This document shows, one piece after another, positions 15,930 through 23,943 of a DNA stretch of 25,686 nt. The position numbers were made by a program, and so were the translations under genes. Where the stretch lies: positions 1 through 25,686 of IMG/VR virus record IMGVR_UViG_3300023266_000006. The stretch is one strand, 5' to 3'. Within the stretch, counting starts at the first letter, position 1. Each line of letters opens with the position of its first letter. The notes beneath the pieces are model-generated. The model was given only the letters and a program-made list of their open reading frames with translations, ran no database searches and had not been told where the DNA came from. The DNA comes from a virus. Its lineage: Duplodnaviria > Caudoviricetes.

Positions 15930-16547
15930 ATGCCAGAAGAGCCCAAGGACGGGCCGGCCCGGGTGACCATCATGGCCGATGCTGACCATCCGCCCGATCC
16001 CCTGCCGGTCCCCAGGGCCCGCCGGGGAGGCCCCACGCGCCAAGCCGCCCGGTCCCTAGAGCGCGCCCGCCTGATCGAGCGCATGGTCCAGATGAAGCGC
16101 GCGGGCTTTACCTACGTCGAGATCGCAAAGCAGGTAGGCTACGGCACCAAGCAATCCTGCCATCGGGCCGTCTGGAACTACATCCGGGCAGTCCCCGTGG
16201 CCGCCGTCGAGGACCTGCGCGCCCTAGAGAACCACCGCCTCGACGACTACCAGCTCTTGGTCCGGGATGCCCTCGGCAAGGCTCCCCGCGGGACCCCCGG
16301 CTGGTGGGCTGCCATGGATCGGCTTCTCCGGATCTCCCGCGACCGGCGCCAGTTGAACGGACTCGACTTGGGCCCGGCCCCGATCCTACCCCCAGGCTAC
16401 GGAGAGCCCGATGTCCAGGACGACGACTCCGCCGAGCGCACTGCCTGGAGAGAGCAATGGGCCGCCCTCCCTATCGAGCGGCAGCAAGAGCTCTACGATC
16501 AAGTCAAACGACTTATGGGCGCTGCGCCGGGAGATCGCCCGGTCTAA
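15930..16547 (+). CDS. terS: terminase small subunit (HTH)
   Basis: GFTYVEIAKQVGYGTKQSCHRAV HTH, LRALENHRLD, RRQLNGLD; directly upstream of terL. Confidence 0.75.
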   Translation: MPEEPKDGPARVTIMADADHPPDPLPVPRARRGGPTRQAARSLERARLIERMVQMKRAGFTYVEIAKQVGYGTKQSCHRAVWNYIRAVPVAAVEDLRALENHRLDDYQLLVRDALGKAPRGTPGWWAAMDRLLRISRDRRQLNGLDLGPAPILPPGYGEPDVQDDDSAERTAWREQWAALPIERQQELYDQVKRLMGAAPGDRPV

Positions 16548-17958
16548 CGCCGCCTACTTGGGCGACGAGATCCTCGACCTCCATCCGACCGATTTCCACG
16601 TCGAGTGGCAGCGGCTCTGCTCCGACCACCGCCGCCTGATCCTCTTCGGCCCGATCGAGCACGGGAAGACCCAGCAGCTCTCGGTCCTCCGCCCCATCTG
16701 GGAGCTTGGCCAGAACCCGAATCTCCGGATCGCCTTGATCTCCGAGACTTCGACGCAATCGGTCAAGTGGCTTTCGCGGATCAAGGCCAACATCGAATCG
16801 AACGCCCGGCTCCGAGCGATCTATCCCCGGCTCCAACCCGCGATCCGCCGAAACCGCTTCGAGCACTGGCACGAGAACTCGATCCTGGTCCAGCGGGACC
16901 GGTACTTCTCGCTACGGGAGAAGGACTTCTCGATCGAGGCGCTGGGGGTGGGTGGCGCCATCATGGGGTCCCGGTTCGATATCGCGATCCTCGATGACAC
17001 AGTGACGCGCCGGAATGGACTCACGGCCGCCGGCCGGGAGAACATCTACGACTGGTTGAAGGAAGTCCTTCTCGGCCGCATCACGGAAGACGGCTCGGTT
17101 TGGATCACGAACAACGCGTGGCACATTGACGACATGCCCCACCGTCTCGAGCGGGACGAGCCCGGGGTCTGGACCACCCGTCGCTATGCCGCGGGGGAAG
17201 CGAATTGCCGCTGGCCCGAGCGCTGGTCGGAGGAGCGCCTAGCGGCCAAGCGGGAGGAGCTGGGGGACGTCGAGTTTGCCCGGCAATTGCAGAACATGGC
17301 GCTCTCCGACTCGACTGGGCTCCTGCCCTACGAATCGGCCCGCGACTGCCAGCGGCTTTGCTCGGACCCGGATTCGTGGTGGTCGGGCGACTACCCCCAG
17401 GACCAATTCCGCTGGGTCACGGCCGGGCTCGACTTGGGCGCTTCCGAGACCAAGGGCTCGAACCTGACCGCGATCGCCGTCGCCGGGGACCACCGGGCCG
17501 GGACCAAGCACTTGCTGCACATGCGCTCTGGGCAATGGATGGGGAAGGCGCTTCTCGAACAGATCGTCCAAGTGCAGCGGTCGATGAAACCCCGGGAATG
17601 GCTCGTCGAGACGAACGCCGCCCAAGCCCATATCGCAAGCCTCGCCGCCGATCCCGCCTTGCTCCAAGCCGTCGGGGCGACCCCGGAGGAGGCGCGCTCG
17701 ATCCGGGTCTTTGGCCAGTACACTGGGGCAGCGGCCAAGCGGGGCGAGGAGCACTGGGCGATCCGTGGGATGGGGAAGGATCTCGACGCTAGGCGCTGGC
17801 GCTTCCCCCGCCGGCGCGAGGTCGAGGAGCTGATCGGGGATATCCGGCGGTATTCGCTCGTCGATCACACGGGGGATAGGCTGATTGCCTTGTGGCTTGC
17901 CGATTGCCGGTTGAAGGGGCTCGGCTCAGCGATCCACTTCCAGGCCACCAGCCGGTAG
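16411..17958 (+). CDS. terL: terminase large subunit
   Basis: Walker A GPIEHGKT, GSRFDIAILDD Walker B, WPERW, nuclease AGLDLG, LVETNAAQ, DRLIALW. Confidence 0.9.
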   Translation: MSRTTTPPSALPGESNGPPSLSSGSKSSTIKSNDLWALRREIARSNAAYLGDEILDLHPTDFHVEWQRLCSDHRRLILFGPIEHGKTQQLSVLRPIWELGQNPNLRIALISETSTQSVKWLSRIKANIESNARLRAIYPRLQPAIRRNRFEHWHENSILVQRDRYFSLREKDFSIEALGVGGAIMGSRFDIAILDDTVTRRNGLTAAGRENIYDWLKEVLLGRITEDGSVWITNNAWHIDDMPHRLERDEPGVWTTRRYAAGEANCRWPERWSEERLAAKREELGDVEFARQLQNMALSDSTGLLPYESARDCQRLCSDPDSWWSGDYPQDQFRWVTAGLDLGASETKGSNLTAIAVAGDHRAGTKHLLHMRSGQWMGKALLEQIVQVQRSMKPREWLVETNAAQAHIASLAADPALLQAVGATPEEARSIRVFGQYTGAAAKRGEEHWAIRGMGKDLDARRWRFPRRREVEELIGDIRRYSLVDHTGDRLIALWLADCRLKGLGSAIHFQATSR

Positions 17959-17968
17959 GCGGCCTGGC

Positions 17969-18172
17969 TCACTTCCCGCCCTCCTGCATCGCCTCGGTCC
18001 AGGGGAGCGGTGATATGATAGTTACCTTTGGTGGCAGGTTGGGCCTTGTCTTTCGCACCACATCGACCCATTCCTTGTCACGCGCAGCCACCATCTTCTC
18101 CGCGAAGTCGGCGGCGATCCGGGCGCACTCGTTAATCGCTAGCTCATCGCTCGGAAAACGCTTGTAGGTCAT
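17969..18172 (-). CDS. hypothetical protein, possibly frameshifted from ATG 18234
   Basis: 67-aa ORF whose frame stays open about 20 codons upstream without a start codon. Confidence 0.5.
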   Translation of the reverse strand: MTYKRFPSDELAINECARIAADFAEKMVAARDKEWVDVVRKTRPNLPPKVTIISPLPWTEAMQEGGK

Positions 18173-18230
18173 CCAGGCTTGCTGAAATTGCTTCTTTAAC
18201 CACCGCTCAGCCTCCGCGCGTGGTCGGTGG

Positions 18231-18407
18231 TCATGGCTTGCCCTCCGGCTTGGCGCTCTCCGCGTCGGCGCTCATGCGGCCAACCTTGGCGGCCAGCTTC
18301 GTGACGGCGCGCTTATCTGCAGCGGACCAGTTGACCGCATACTTGTCCCGATAGACGAGCATCGCCTTGACCAGGATGCGTAGCTCGATCTTCGTGAAAG
18401 CGGTCAT
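18231..18407 (-). CDS. small basic protein (58 aa, MTAFTKIELRILVKAMLVYRDKY...)
   Basis: hand-translated; ATGA-coupled at both ends; absent from the ORF track. Confidence 0.6.
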   Translation of the reverse strand: MTAFTKIELRILVKAMLVYRDKYAVNWSAADKRAVTKLAAKVGRMSADAESAKPEGKP

Positions 18408-18544
18408 GGCTTATCCTTCACCCTGGGCACCGGGTGTGTCCGGCGAAAGGCAGCAACATGCTCCTCCCGGGTAGCTTCACTCGGGGGCTCGGCCTCAGTC
18501 CGCGCGATGGCCATGTCCCGGGCGGTTTGCTTGTCTAGGCTCAT
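18404..18544 (-). CDS. small protein (46 aa, MSLDKQTARD...), probably leaderless
   Basis: 6 nt separate the ATG from TGCTATAAT. Confidence 0.55.
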   Translation of the reverse strand: MSLDKQTARDMAIARTEAEPPSEATREEHVAAFRRTHPVPRVKDKP

Positions 18545-18550
18545 GCCTGG

Positions 18551-18559
18551 ATTATAGCA
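18551..18559 (-). promoter_or_regulatory. extended -10 sigma-70-type promoter
   Basis: perfect TGnTATAAT in GC-rich DNA, at the head of the reverse operon. Confidence 0.7.
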
Positions 18560-18608
18560 CAGTAGCCCGTGGCCAGTTTTCCGCTTGCGCGGCATGGGGT
18601 AAACGTGC

Positions 18609-18980
18609 ATGGTGCGCGCCATGGACACGCCGAAAGAGATCCCCTGGCTCGTCCACTCGGGCTCAGACGTCAAAGTCTTAGCCTGTCTGGGGGGCGAGGA
18701 CCTGATCCAGAAGCTCCGGGCCCTCGCCAATCTCGGCCGCCCGTTTACCTTCCAGTGGCAGTACGTCGGCGACCAGCCGGCCCCCAGGATCCAGCCCGCA
18801 GGCTTACCGGCAGGCGTCGAGATCGGCCCGATCCCGCGCATCCTCCTGATCGCGATCGCGGACAAGCTGCCCGAAGAGGGCGAGGACACGGCTGGAACCG
18901 CCGCCGACGCGGCACGGTCGGGGCTCTCCCTCGTACCAGCACCGCCTGCCAACGGCGACGCGGGAGCAGAATCCGGGTGA
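18609..18980 (+). CDS. hypothetical protein
   Basis: stop overlaps the GTG of the next gene; start at 18609 or 18621. Confidence 0.6.
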   Translation: MVRAMDTPKEIPWLVHSGSDVKVLACLGGEDLIQKLRALANLGRPFTFQWQYVGDQPAPRIQPAGLPAGVEIGPIPRILLIAIADKLPEEGEDTAGTAADAARSGLSLVPAPPANGDAGAESG

Positions 18981-19855
18981 TCCTCCGGCACCTCGAGAAG
19001 GCCGACTGGGCCCGCGTGCCGACGCTCCCCCACTTCGACGGCTTTGTCTTCCACTCGGGACAAGAGGACCCAGCACTCCGGCAAGCCGCCATCGACTTGG
19101 CCGCGACCAAGCGGGGCTACCTCTACGCGCAAGTGCTCACCCGCCCACCGATCGGGTGGGGCAGCCCAACGGGCGTCCCCTGGCTCGATGCGGTCAACGC
19201 CTATACCGTCCCGCTACGTACGCCCAATGGACACAAGGCGATCGCGTGGGCGCAGGGCCGCGAGCTCATCGACTGGCATCTCCTGGACGGCGGGAAGCTC
19301 GATGCGTTGACGAGCGTGCTCATGGATGACGTGCGCGCGCTGAACCTGAGCGGCGTGCTCCTTGACCTGTCATGGTCCAGGCCTCGTGATTGGATGTTTC
19401 GCCACGACGGGCCCGCCTACACCGAATTCCCCGCCGCGTGGTGGCCTTACTGGGAGCGCCGGTTTCGGAAGTTCGTGCAGCTTCTCGGCGCCAAGTTTGC
19501 CGCCGCCTCGCCCGAGCGACCGTCGCCGCTCCGGATCCTGCTCGAAGGCGACGAGGTGGTGATCCAGATCACCGGGAGCGTTGGGCGCGCGGGCTTCTAC
19601 CGCGAGCAGGCGCAGCTCAATTGGGCAACCGAGCTACACGGCTGGCTCTTCTCGGGCGGCGTCGATGTGCTTTCCGTCCTCGCCGATGATGAAGAGGCCA
19701 TGTATCGGTTGATCGACACGAGTCGCATGCATAGTGACGCATGGATCGCGTTCACGGGGCACTCGCCGGCAACGATCGATCAAGCCTACGCGCTTGCAGC
19801 CGAGGTCCAAGCCGAGGGGCCGCTGCCCGAGCCTTTCCCGTCACCACCCGCATAG
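18977..19855 (+). CDS. hypothetical protein, possibly glycoside-hydrolase-like TIM barrel
   Basis: GTGA coupling; 292 aa, Trp-rich, alternating alpha/beta pattern; LSGVLLD resembles the 'DGVFLD' strand of GH-like barrels; function is inference. Confidence 0.5.
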   Translation: MILRHLEKADWARVPTLPHFDGFVFHSGQEDPALRQAAIDLAATKRGYLYAQVLTRPPIGWGSPTGVPWLDAVNAYTVPLRTPNGHKAIAWAQGRELIDWHLLDGGKLDALTSVLMDDVRALNLSGVLLDLSWSRPRDWMFRHDGPAYTEFPAAWWPYWERRFRKFVQLLGAKFAAASPERPSPLRILLEGDEVVIQITGSVGRAGFYREQAQLNWATELHGWLFSGGVDVLSVLADDEEAMYRLIDTSRMHSDAWIAFTGHSPATIDQAYALAAEVQAEGPLPEPFPSPPA

Positions 19856-19864
19856 GAGACGCCG

Positions 19865-20479
19865 ATGACAGACCGCACACACGTAACGCTCGTTTGTGAT
19901 CGCTCGGGATCCATGGCAACCATTCGCGATGACGCGCAGGGCGGAGTCCGAACGTTCATCAAGGCGCTCAAGGCGGCGAACACGACGCTCACGCTCGTTC
20001 AGTTCGATGACCAATACGAGCTACTATGGCAGGGTGAGATGGTGGGCTTGCCCGATTACGAGCTTATCCCGCGCGGATCCACGGCGCTTCTGGATGCAGT
20101 CGGACGCGCGATGGCCGAGACCGGCGAGTATCTGGCGAAGATCCCGGAAGATCAGCGCCCAGGCAAGGTCGTGTTCTGCGTCCAGACGGACGGCCAGGAG
20201 AACGCCTCCCATGACTGGACGATTGAGAAGATCCGGGCCAAGGTCGATGAGCAGACGTCAACCTACAAGTGGGAATTCGTCTTTCTCGGCGCCGGACTCG
20301 CCGCTTTCCAGGGTCAAGCGATGGGCTTTAAGAACGTGACTTCCAATACGCCTACGGGTCGCGGGACCGCCGCCGTCTACAATGTCGCCGCGGCAGCCGT
20401 CATGTCCTACGCGTCCAATTCATCGGACACTGCAACGCTATCCATGCCGAAGACGGTAGACGAGGAGGATGACAAGTAA
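19865..20479 (+). CDS. von Willebrand factor A (vWA) domain protein
   Basis: MIDAS DRSGS, GSTALLDA, TDGQENAS, WEFVFLGA; AGGAG RBS. Confidence 0.9.
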   Translation: MTDRTHVTLVCDRSGSMATIRDDAQGGVRTFIKALKAANTTLTLVQFDDQYELLWQGEMVGLPDYELIPRGSTALLDAVGRAMAETGEYLAKIPEDQRPGKVVFCVQTDGQENASHDWTIEKIRAKVDEQTSTYKWEFVFLGAGLAAFQGQAMGFKNVTSNTPTGRGTAAVYNVAAAAVMSYASNSSDTATLSMPKTVDEEDDK

Positions 20480-21306
20480 TGGCGAATCATCCCGATACCG
20501 CGTGGCTCTCCCGAGTCCAGCAGTGCTTGGCCGCGAGCGGCTCGTTCTCGAATGACGAGCTTGAGATCATCTCGGGGTGCATGCAGGCGGCAGGTGTAGC
20601 CCCCGGTCCCGACCCTGAGCCGGAGCCGGAACCCGAGCCCGAGCCCGAGCCGGAGCCCGGCGCCTGTCTCAATGGCTTCCTCGCCGGCAACGGATTCTGG
20701 AATGGCTTCTGCATCGACGAGCCGCCGAAGTTCCGGAGCGAGTCGAACAATACCGTCGGCGTCATGGGGACGAACGCCAACGGATACAAGCGCTTTGCTC
20801 CCAACTCGGGGCAGGCGCGCGGCAAGGCGTCGATCGAGGTCTTCTACCGCACGGCTCGGATCCCCCAGGACACGGGCGGCGGGCATCTCTTTACGGCGCA
20901 GTCCGGCGAGCGGGCGCTGAACCCCGACTACATCAAGGGCTGGTTCCGGCCGGACATCGTGAGCCAGCAGTCGCAGTGGAAGATCCATACCTACAACAAC
21001 GGGCCGAACGGGGAAGCCTGGTACACGAAGCCCAACGGCGAGCACGATCACGTGGTGGACGTCTGGTCGACGGGCATCCCGAACGCGGGCGTCGGCAAGT
21101 GGATCCCGATCGCATTGGAGTGGGAGCGCCGGGCCGCGGACAAGATGTGGTACCGGTTCACGGCGAGCGGTCAGTCGGCCGAGCGCGTGGTGACGATCCA
21201 CCCGCAGTCGGTGAACCCGTACTCGGTCGCGTGCGGGAACATGGACGGGCTCGGGCAATTCGGCGGCACTCCGGAGATCGCGTTCCGGAATCTCCGCTGG
21301 ACCTAG
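20479..21306 (+). CDS. two-part protein: short N-domain, (PE)7 linker, beta-rich C-domain (possibly ConA/lectin-like)
   Basis: TAATG coupling; W/N/G-rich beta-strand pattern (GKWIPIALEW, IAFRNLRW). Confidence 0.7.
   Translation: MANHPDTAWLSRVQQCLAASGSFSNDELEIISGCMQAAGVAPGPDPEPEPEPEPEPEPEPGACLNGFLAGNGFWNGFCIDEPPKFRSESNNTVGVMGTNANGYKRFAPNSGQARGKASIEVFYRTARIPQDTGGGHLFTAQSGERALNPDYIKGWFRPDIVSQQSQWKIHTYNNGPNGEAWYTKPNGEHDHVVDVWSTGIPNAGVGKWIPIALEWERRAADKMWYRFTASGQSAERVVTIHPQSVNPYSVACGNMDGLGQFGGTPEIAFRNLRWT
20614..20655 (+). repeat. 6-bp coding tandem repeat CCNGAR x7 (Pro-Glu)
   Basis: cctgag ccggag ccggaa cccgag cccgag cccgag ccggag. Confidence 0.9.
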
Positions 21307-21307
21307 C

Positions 21308-21385
21308 ATGTGGATCTGGCTGGTCGCGCTCCTAGCCCTGATCGTCGATCTGGTCCTCCTGATCCGCGACCGATCGGATGGTTAG
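21308..21385 (+). CDS. single-TM micropeptide (25 aa)
   Basis: MWIWLVALLALIVDLVLLIRDRSDG; starts 1 nt after the upstream stop. Confidence 0.5.
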   Translation: MWIWLVALLALIVDLVLLIRDRSDG

Positions 21386-21389
21386 CGAG

Positions 21390-21476
21390 ATGTGGGTCGC
21401 GGTCGGTGCGCTCTTGCTCGTGGGTCTGATCGCGGTCGTGATGTGGTTTTGGGGGAGGCATGGTCCCGATGGGTAG
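21390..21476 (+). CDS. single-TM micropeptide (28 aa)
   Basis: MWVAVGALLLVGLIAVVMWFWGRHGPDG. Confidence 0.5.
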   Translation: MWVAVGALLLVGLIAVVMWFWGRHGPDG

Positions 21477-21747
21477 GCCGAGATACGATCCCGAAGCCAT
21501 CGCCATGAATCGGATCGTGGCCGTGCTCTCGACGCTCGAGCCCGCGGCCTGCGCGCGCGTGGTGCGGCATCTCCATGAGCGGTACACGATGCCGGACGTG
21601 TACTCGGGATCGCCCGAGCCCGACCCGGAGTACCAATTCACCTGCCCGCATGGTCTCTCGCTCGACGTGAAGTGCGGGCAATGCTCGGGATCGATGACGG
21701 CAACGCCCGTGTACGAGGGCTCGCCGCCCGGGGACACGGAGCCATGA
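21469..21747 (+). CDS. hypothetical protein with CPHG...CGQC knuckle
   Basis: GGAGG upstream; start at 21469 or 21460. Confidence 0.6.
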   Translation: MGRPRYDPEAIAMNRIVAVLSTLEPAACARVVRHLHERYTMPDVYSGSPEPDPEYQFTCPHGLSLDVKCGQCSGSMTATPVYEGSPPGDTEP

Positions 21748-21968
21748 GCGCATGGTTCGATTATCTCACCGCTCGTATGCGGCTCATCAAGGAGTGGGAT
21801 GCTGAAGGCATGAGCCCTGATGAGATCCTGGCAACGATGAATATGGACCCGACCCAAGTGCGGCTTCTCATCCAGACCGCACGCGACCATTCGCGCGGGC
21901 TACACCCTCTACACACGATAGCGGGGCAGGCATGTCCGGTGTGCAAGCCCGCCCCGATGGTGCCATGA
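21744..21968 (+). CDS. small HTH-like protein with terminal CxxC
   Basis: GMSPDEILATMNMDPTQVRLL; CPVC. Confidence 0.6.
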   Translation: MSAWFDYLTARMRLIKEWDAEGMSPDEILATMNMDPTQVRLLIQTARDHSRGLHPLHTIAGQACPVCKPAPMVP

Positions 21969-22546
21969 TCCAGGGCATACCCCACGGCCCGACCGGGCGC
22001 CAGATCGTGGACCATCTCGGCCACGCCGACGATGGCAACTTCATCGAGATGGCCGGGCTCCGGTTCGAGGTGCGCCGGGTGTCGGATCTCCATCCGGCAC
22101 CCTACAACCCGCGCACGATCGACCCCGAAGCGATGGCCGGGCTTCGCCGCTCGGTCAAGGAGTTCGGGCTCGTCGAGCCGATCGTCTGGAACCGGCAGAC
22201 CGCGCGGGTCGTCGGCGGCCACCAACGCCTGCAAGCGCTCGCAGAGATGGGGGTCCAAGAGACGCCGGTCGTGGTCGTGGATCTGGACGAGACCCGCGAG
22301 AAGGCGCTCAATCTCGCCCTCAACAATCCGGCGATCGCGGGCGAGTTCACGCCGGACGTGCTCGGGCTCGTGAGCTTGCTCGAAACCGCCCTCCCCTCAG
22401 ATCTCTTTGCCGAGCTTCGGTATGATGAGATCCAGGTGGGGAAGATCGATGTACCCGACGTAGACGGGGGCCAGGACGGCCCCGAAGCCTACGATGGGCC
22501 GAAGGTCGCGACTTGTCCCAAGTGCGGCCATGTCTTTGAGACGTGA
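21965..22546 (+). CDS. ParB/Srx N-terminal domain protein with C-terminal CPKCG
   Basis: LHPAPYNPR...SVKEFGLVEPIVWN...VVGGHQRL...EKALNLALNN. Confidence 0.85.
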   Translation: MIQGIPHGPTGRQIVDHLGHADDGNFIEMAGLRFEVRRVSDLHPAPYNPRTIDPEAMAGLRRSVKEFGLVEPIVWNRQTARVVGGHQRLQALAEMGVQETPVVVVDLDETREKALNLALNNPAIAGEFTPDVLGLVSLLETALPSDLFAELRYDEIQVGKIDVPDVDGGQDGPEAYDGPKVATCPKCGHVFET

Positions 22547-22559
22547 GGAGAACCCACGG

Positions 22560-22994
22560 ATGCCACCCCTACCCGATAGCCTCTCGATCGAGCAGAAGGC
22601 CCAGCAGTTCCAGTTCTGGTACGACCTCTTTGCTCGGCTCGGGATCACGCCCATGTTCTCCGACAACCCGCCGGCCGTGATCTGGCTCCCGCTCACGGCG
22701 GCCACGGGCCCCTCGGAGGTCGCGACCTGCCGGAAGATCGGGCGGGATCTCTTGGCCTACGCTGACCAGCAGGAGGCCTTGCTCGGCGGCCCCGTGGTGA
22801 CTGGCACCCTGCCGCCCGCACCCGCGCGCACTCCGCTCGCCCCCGGCTCTCCGGGCGATGATCGGCTGGCGCGGTTGGAGGCGATGGTGGCGCAGATTGC
22901 GCAAGCGTCGGCGGTGAAGGCCGAGCCAGAGCCCTACCAGTACACGACGCCGACTCCGAACGAGCGGCGCCCCGACCCCGTGGCGGCCCGGTGA
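22560..22994 (+). CDS. hypothetical protein
   Basis: GAGGAG RBS before ATG 22560. Confidence 0.65.
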   Translation: MPPLPDSLSIEQKAQQFQFWYDLFARLGITPMFSDNPPAVIWLPLTAATGPSEVATCRKIGRDLLAYADQQEALLGGPVVTGTLPPAPARTPLAPGSPGDDRLARLEAMVAQIAQASAVKAEPEPYQYTTPTPNERRPDPVAAR

Positions 22995-23359
22995 GGCCTC
23001 CCGAGGACGAGGCCCGGGCGGCTCTCGGGCAGGCCGCCGTTGATCTGGTAGTCGCGATCGAGCGCTACCGGAAGGCGAAGCCTGGCGAGCCGAACGGGCC
23101 GAGCAATCCCGAGCGCGACATGCGGCTGGCCCGTACCTTCCACGTCCAGATCGCCACAGTCCGAAGGCGAGCTGGCTTCGGCGTGGACCAGGACCAGATC
23201 CCTCAGGGGTACGAGCCGATATGGGGAGGCGAGGCGGCAATCCAGATCCTTGCTTTCGATAAGGACCGGCTGGGTGCCCCGGTTGAGCCGATGGACCTGG
23301 CGGCGCTTCTCGTCCACCCTGGCCCGGGGCCCGCGCCGGGATGGAGGACGGGGCCATGA
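22991..23359 (+). CDS. hypothetical protein
   Basis: GTGA and ATGA couplings. Confidence 0.65.
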   Translation: MRPPEDEARAALGQAAVDLVVAIERYRKAKPGEPNGPSNPERDMRLARTFHVQIATVRRRAGFGVDQDQIPQGYEPIWGGEAAIQILAFDKDRLGAPVEPMDLAALLVHPGPGPAPGWRTGP

Positions 23360-23547
23360 CAAAGCCGCGCTTAAGCGATCACTTCCCGGACCCTGGGGAC
23401 TGGAGTGAATCGATCAGATTCTCGGATTGGGTGCGGGCGTCGAACAAGCCGGAGCTTGAAGGTCGGCATGTGCGCCCGATCGGATTCAAGCCGTCGGGTC
23501 CGAAGATGGTCGAGCTTGTGCCAGCGCGTGAGGCGAGGAAGGCCTAG
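23356..23547 (+). CDS. hypothetical protein (MTKPRLSDHF...)
   Basis: GGAGG RBS, ATGA coupling. Confidence 0.6.
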   Translation: MTKPRLSDHFPDPGDWSESIRFSDWVRASNKPELEGRHVRPIGFKPSGPKMVELVPAREARKA

Positions 23548-23548
23548 C

Positions 23549-23707
23549 ATGGCGCGCGAGTCGGGCGGCAAGGTCGAGTTCGACCCCGCGCGCGTCAGGG
23601 AGACCGTGCTCCAGATCGCTATCCGTGACGTGTCGGCCGAGTGGAAGGCGCGAGCCCAGATCGCGGCCTATCTCGTGGACGCCGGCCCGCAGGAAGGAGA
23701 CCTATGA
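23549..23707 (+). CDS. hypothetical protein (MARESGGKVEF...)
   Basis: 52 aa, fills the gap between coupled genes. Confidence 0.55.
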   Translation: MARESGGKVEFDPARVRETVLQIAIRDVSAEWKARAQIAAYLVDAGPQEGDL

Positions 23708-23943
23708 CCCCGCGTGAAGCGGCGGAGCGGCGGTTAGTGGCGGAGTTTATCCGCGTGTCCGGGCTGGCACCAGTTGTCGATGACTCCCCGATGGCGTTCA
23801 TCTTACGCGACTGCGCCAAACTCGCCGCCGAAGCCATCGACGCGGCACTGGACGAGCACCACTGCGGGTGCTGTGACGGCGGCTGGGATGGAGAGATAGA
23901 CCCGTGGGACGCCGTGCTCCCGTCGAAGGAGGCAGTCAAGTGA
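23704..23943 (+). CDS. hypothetical protein (MTPREAAERR...)
   Basis: AGGAG RBS; HHCGCC; stop overlaps the portal GTG. Confidence 0.6.
   Translation: MTPREAAERRLVAEFIRVSGLAPVVDDSPMAFILRDCAKLAAEAIDAALDEHHCGCCDGGWDGEIDPWDAVLPSKEAVK

Noticed and set aside
21965-22546. ParB gene as a plasmid-prophage partition system
   Set aside because: No ParA or HTH/parS-binding region; stand-alone ParB-N proteins near packaging genes are common in phages.
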